Shown here piece after piece: positions 61,604-64,000 of a stretch of 64,000 nt of DNA. The translations under genes and the position numbers were made by a program. The stretch's first letter is position 1; every line of letters begins with the position of its first letter. The DNA is from a virus (Duplodnaviria > Caudoviricetes). Below the pieces are notes generated by a model. The model was given only the letters and a program-made list of their open reading frames with translations. It did not search any database and was not told where the DNA came from. Where the stretch lies: IMG/VR virus record IMGVR_UViG_3300037067_009382, positions 26,409 through 90,408 of that record, one strand, 5' to 3'.

Positions 61604-61666
61604 CTCCGTTTTCTCTACTGTGTTCTTCTATATTATTATAATAAGGGAAAACGGTGAGAATATCAA
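61604..61666 (-). promoter_or_regulatory. Early promoter cassette, copy 8
   Basis: Same 63-bp sequence as copies 1 and 9. Confidence 0.85.
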
Positions 61667-61673
61667 GCCAGAG

Positions 61674-62021
61674 TCAATAAATTGCATACGCCTCATAACG
61701 CTTTACGCACTCAGGACAACGGGAGTGCAAAGCGTCTCGCGCTATCTTGGCTAACCCGGTAGGAATCAAACTCAGGTCGAGATACGACGTATCGGGAACC
61801 TCTAGTGGTGTGCTATGCTTCATCCCACGTCTCTTCATCTCGATTGCAAGTGCCCCATGCCTTTCCTGAAGGGTTGATGGGTTGAGTAATCCCTTGCTGA
61901 GATAGCCATCCATCTTCAACTTCCTCTTCAGGCACCCTACGAACATGTGATGTTCGCAATGCTCTCCAAGTAAGTGGGCGTTACAGAGTCCCCTCGGATC
62001 AATATCGTGCCACTGTCTCAT
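61674..62021 (-). CDS. denV: Pyrimidine-dimer DNA glycosylase / endonuclease V family protein
   Basis: MRQW..IDPRGLCNAHLLGEHCEHH, RHGALAIEMKRRGMKH. Confidence 0.75.
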   Translation of the reverse strand: MRQWHDIDPRGLCNAHLLGEHCEHHMFVGCLKRKLKMDGYLSKGLLNPSTLQERHGALAIEMKRRGMKHSTPLEVPDTSYLDLSLIPTGLAKIARDALHSRCPECVKRYEAYAIY

Positions 62022-62246
62022 GCTTGTGGACCACGTTCCATCTGAAGGAAGACGCGTCGAAAGTCCTCGTCCATCTTGAGCTTGACTTGACCTCGGTCAT
62101 TGTAGAAATGAATGATTGGGTTCTTCTCCGGGAAGGTTGTTGCCTGCTTTGTAACGGATACCCTTAATGCCTTCGATGAACCTCTTATTCATCTGCGGAT
62201 CAGCCTCCATCATCCGGAATGCTTCAGATGCGGAAATCTCTTTCAT
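62018..62246 (-). other. Small gene apparently split by a +1 frameshift
   Basis: 49-aa ORF 62097..62246 plus an overlapping startless +1 frame whose TGA overlaps the denV ATG. Confidence 0.4.
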
Positions 62247-62998
62247 TTCTTCACCCCATCGAGTAACTTCTGTGCCTCACCCTTCGTTAGCTCGTTAAGC
62301 TGTTTGAAGGTCTTCCACTTCGATTCAGGATCCTCCCCAAAGGTATCGTGCAACTCTTTCGAGATGGGGATCATGATGTCCCCATCAATACCCTCTTCAG
62401 GCTTCCAATTGATGTCTGACTGGTGTACTCCCACGACCTCGTTAATATTGGGTGCATAGATGGCGTACCAGTAGAAGCGTTTCGGATTGGGTCCCTGGCG
62501 ACATTTAATGTCTGGACAACGGTCTCGCTTGTTTCCGTGATCGCAAACGTTCTGCTCGAGCTCAAGCATTAACTCCTGGGCTGACTTCTTCGCTGCCCAA
62601 TTACATCCGTGCATATGGGTTATGTCAAGACCATCGGGTATCTCGTTGTTAGGGTGCTCAGTGGCACACAGCTTCAGCCACTCGTCTCTCGGAATCGTCT
62701 GAAGGTTGCGATCGAACGCTCCAATGCTGTGACCACAGTCGGATACGATAATCGGTGAGGACAGCCCATAAGGGATGTAATCGTAGAAGTACGGTTTACC
62801 GCAAACCTTACACTTTACGTACGCCCTCTTGAGTCCCTTGTCGATCGGTGGCTCAGTATACGAGGGTTCGTACTTCGGGTTCGGTATTCCCTTCGGTAGT
62901 GAGCAAATCCTCATCGCAGTTCGACCGTGCTCGTCGTGAAAGTAGATGACACCCCGGTCTTGATCGATTTCCAGAGTGCCACGAATCTCTATCGTCAT
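62243..62998 (-). CDS. Hypothetical protein with Cys/His clusters
   Basis: 251 aa; CKVC...CGH and CDH...C...C; TATAAT and AGGAGG upstream. Confidence 0.6.
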   Translation of the reverse strand: MTIEIRGTLEIDQDRGVIYFHDEHGRTAMRICSLPKGIPNPKYEPSYTEPPIDKGLKRAYVKCKVCGKPYFYDYIPYGLSSPIIVSDCGHSIGAFDRNLQTIPRDEWLKLCATEHPNNEIPDGLDITHMHGCNWAAKKSAQELMLELEQNVCDHGNKRDRCPDIKCRQGPNPKRFYWYAIYAPNINEVVGVHQSDINWKPEEGIDGDIMIPISKELHDTFGEDPESKWKTFKQLNELTKGEAQKLLDGVKK

Positions 62999-63098
62999 AA
63001 TGGTAACCTCCTACCATATTATACCGTATTTCCACGAGGTGTAGCTTCCTTATTTCCCTGGATGTAGGTTGTTGGCTACATAATTTATACGCCCCAAA

Positions 63099-63359
63099 TT
63101 ATAGGGCGTTTACGAATTCCTCGATGGTGTTACTTTTCAGTGCGAGTCCGTGCACTTCTGCCATAGCATCTCCGATCTTTCTGGTACCATTGATGCGCCC
63201 AATGAATTTGTTTAAGGCTTTCTTCAGCTGGGGTGTCTCGACTCCACGACCACTAATAGTCTCCCCACCGTAGCTGGTTGTGAGGTTAAGGCGTTTGGCA
63301 GGAGTCTCGGTAATCATTACGCGGACCCATTCGGGCTGGATTGTCAGTGATGCTTTCAT
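63099..63359 (-). CDS. Hypothetical protein
   Basis: 86 aa, AGGAGG RBS. Confidence 0.65.
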   Translation of the reverse strand: MKASLTIQPEWVRVMITETPAKRLNLTTSYGGETISGRGVETPQLKKALNKFIGRINGTRKIGDAMAEVHGLALKSNTIEEFVNAL

Positions 63360-63370
63360 CGATCCCTCCT

Positions 63371-63715
63371 TTACGCTTTCACCCAGAACTTTTGTGTGCG
63401 AGTAATACCGTTGACTGTAAAGGTCTTCTCGATCTGTTTCTTCCCATCGTAGAAAGCAACGTTGACCTTATGCTCTTCTCCAGCTGTGGGAAGGTTGATC
63501 TCGGGTGCGCGGGCATCCATCGGAATCTCGACGGTCTTGAGTTCATCGCCCACTAATCGTAAAGCGTACTTGCGTCCCTCTACGATACAAGCGGTGTCAT
63601 CGTCTACCCACTTGCACATCGCCCCCTCCTGTTTCGTTTCACCTATTAGCGCCTGTGCGCGTTGTGCTTCTTCGTATGCCTTAATTGCCTTGCGTGCTTC
63701 TACTGACAGTGCCAT
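63371..63715 (-). CDS. Hypothetical protein ending in a motif resembling the head-cargo tag
   Basis: C-terminus KKQIEKTFTVNGITRTQKFWVKA. Confidence 0.65.
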   Translation of the reverse strand: MALSVEARKAIKAYEEAQRAQALIGETKQEGAMCKWVDDDTACIVEGRKYALRLVGDELKTVEIPMDARAPEINLPTAGEEHKVNVAFYDGKKQIEKTFTVNGITRTQKFWVKA

Positions 63716-63724
63716 TTGACTTCC

Positions 63725-63787
63725 CTCCGTTTTCTCTACTGTGTTCTTCTATATTATTATAATAAGGGAAAACGGTGAGAATATCAA
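63725..63787 (-). promoter_or_regulatory. Early promoter cassette, copy 9
   Basis: Full consensus with intact dyad. Confidence 0.85.
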
Positions 63788-63806
63788 GTCCGGCGGGATT
63801 GGGTTT

Positions 63807-64000
63807 CTACTTCTTCTCGTCAAATTGATTTCGCAGTTCCTTCATGGCGAGAATACGCTCTTCGGCATAGGCTATTTGCTTATCGTAGCGTACCTTGGAT
63901 TCTGCGATTGCCTCTTCTCTGGTTGCGAAGGTATTCCGTTCGTATTCGGTTCCACGGTTGATGGAACTCCATCCACAACTCCGACCTTCGCCAGTCCAGT
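63807..64000 (-). CDS. 3' end of a hypothetical protein (starts beyond the right edge)
   Basis: Open frame ...NTFATREEAIAESK...NQFDEKK ending at TAG 63807. Confidence 0.55.
   Translation of the reverse strand, partial: WTGEGRSCGWSSINRGTEYERNTFATREEAIAESKVRYDKQIAYAEERILAMKELRNQFDEKK

Noticed and set aside
445-63719. Plus-strand ORFs in the track (e.g. 445..780, 16551..17000, 21947..22429, 52041..52592)
   Set aside because: All lie antisense to well-supported minus-strand genes, lack RBSs and show no recognisable motifs; treated as shadow ORFs.
47381-63787. The ~60-bp repeats as a CRISPR array or IS ends
   Set aside because: They are separated by 1-8 kb of intact genes, contain -35/-10/RBS elements, and no cas or transposase gene is seen.
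1-64000. Stop-codon reassignment as the purpose of the odd tRNA
   Set aside because: Conserved genes are full length under the standard code and the anticodon loop does not match a stop codon.
1-64000. Lysogeny module or prophage boundary
   Set aside because: No integrase, recognisable repressor pair, att-like duplication or host gene appears in the window; lifestyle cannot be settled from this segment.

Overview
A 64-kb internal segment of a large tailed dsDNA phage with an HK97-fold capsid and a non-contractile, siphovirus-type tail. The host is bacterial (sigma70-type promoters, AGGAGG ribosome-binding sites) but cannot be named from sequence. Essentially all real genes are on the minus strand; the plus-strand ORFs in the track look like shadows. 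In the direction of transcription (64000 to 1): (i) an early accessory region (about 45-64 kb) of short genes separated by nine copies of a ~60-bp promoter/stem-loop/RBS cassette, containing a DenV-like glycosylase, metallophosphoesterase, frameshifted AAA ATPase, DUF2786, dCMP deaminase, SemiSWEET-like protein, 5'-3' exonuclease, PC4-like and DUF932-like proteins, an abnormal tRNA-like gene flanked by two structured RNA candidates, and further structured intergenic elements; (ii) packaging and head genes (TerS, TerL, portal, MuF, prohead protease, scaffold, major capsid) interleaved with four large cargo-like proteins; (iii) decoration, neck, tail tube, -1 frameshifted tail chaperone, a very short tape measure and a tail-tip region built from tandemly duplicated paralogues; (iv) replication and DNA-modification genes (SF2 helicase, Gat-QueC fusion, HTH protein, HPRT, DnaB-like helicase truncated by the window edge). 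The best candidate for an undescribed system is the head-cargo set: four proteins share a ~25-aa tag (Kxx[I/V]xRxGKTxxQxxxVxP), each placed just after a recurring hydrophobic-x-Lys|Ala/Ser/Val putative protease site and just before a different terminal domain (GNAT acetyltransferase, RNase-like, two unknown). All family calls are motif recognition by eye, not database searches. No integrase, reverse transcriptase, CRISPR array, endolysin or dpdA was recognised in the window.
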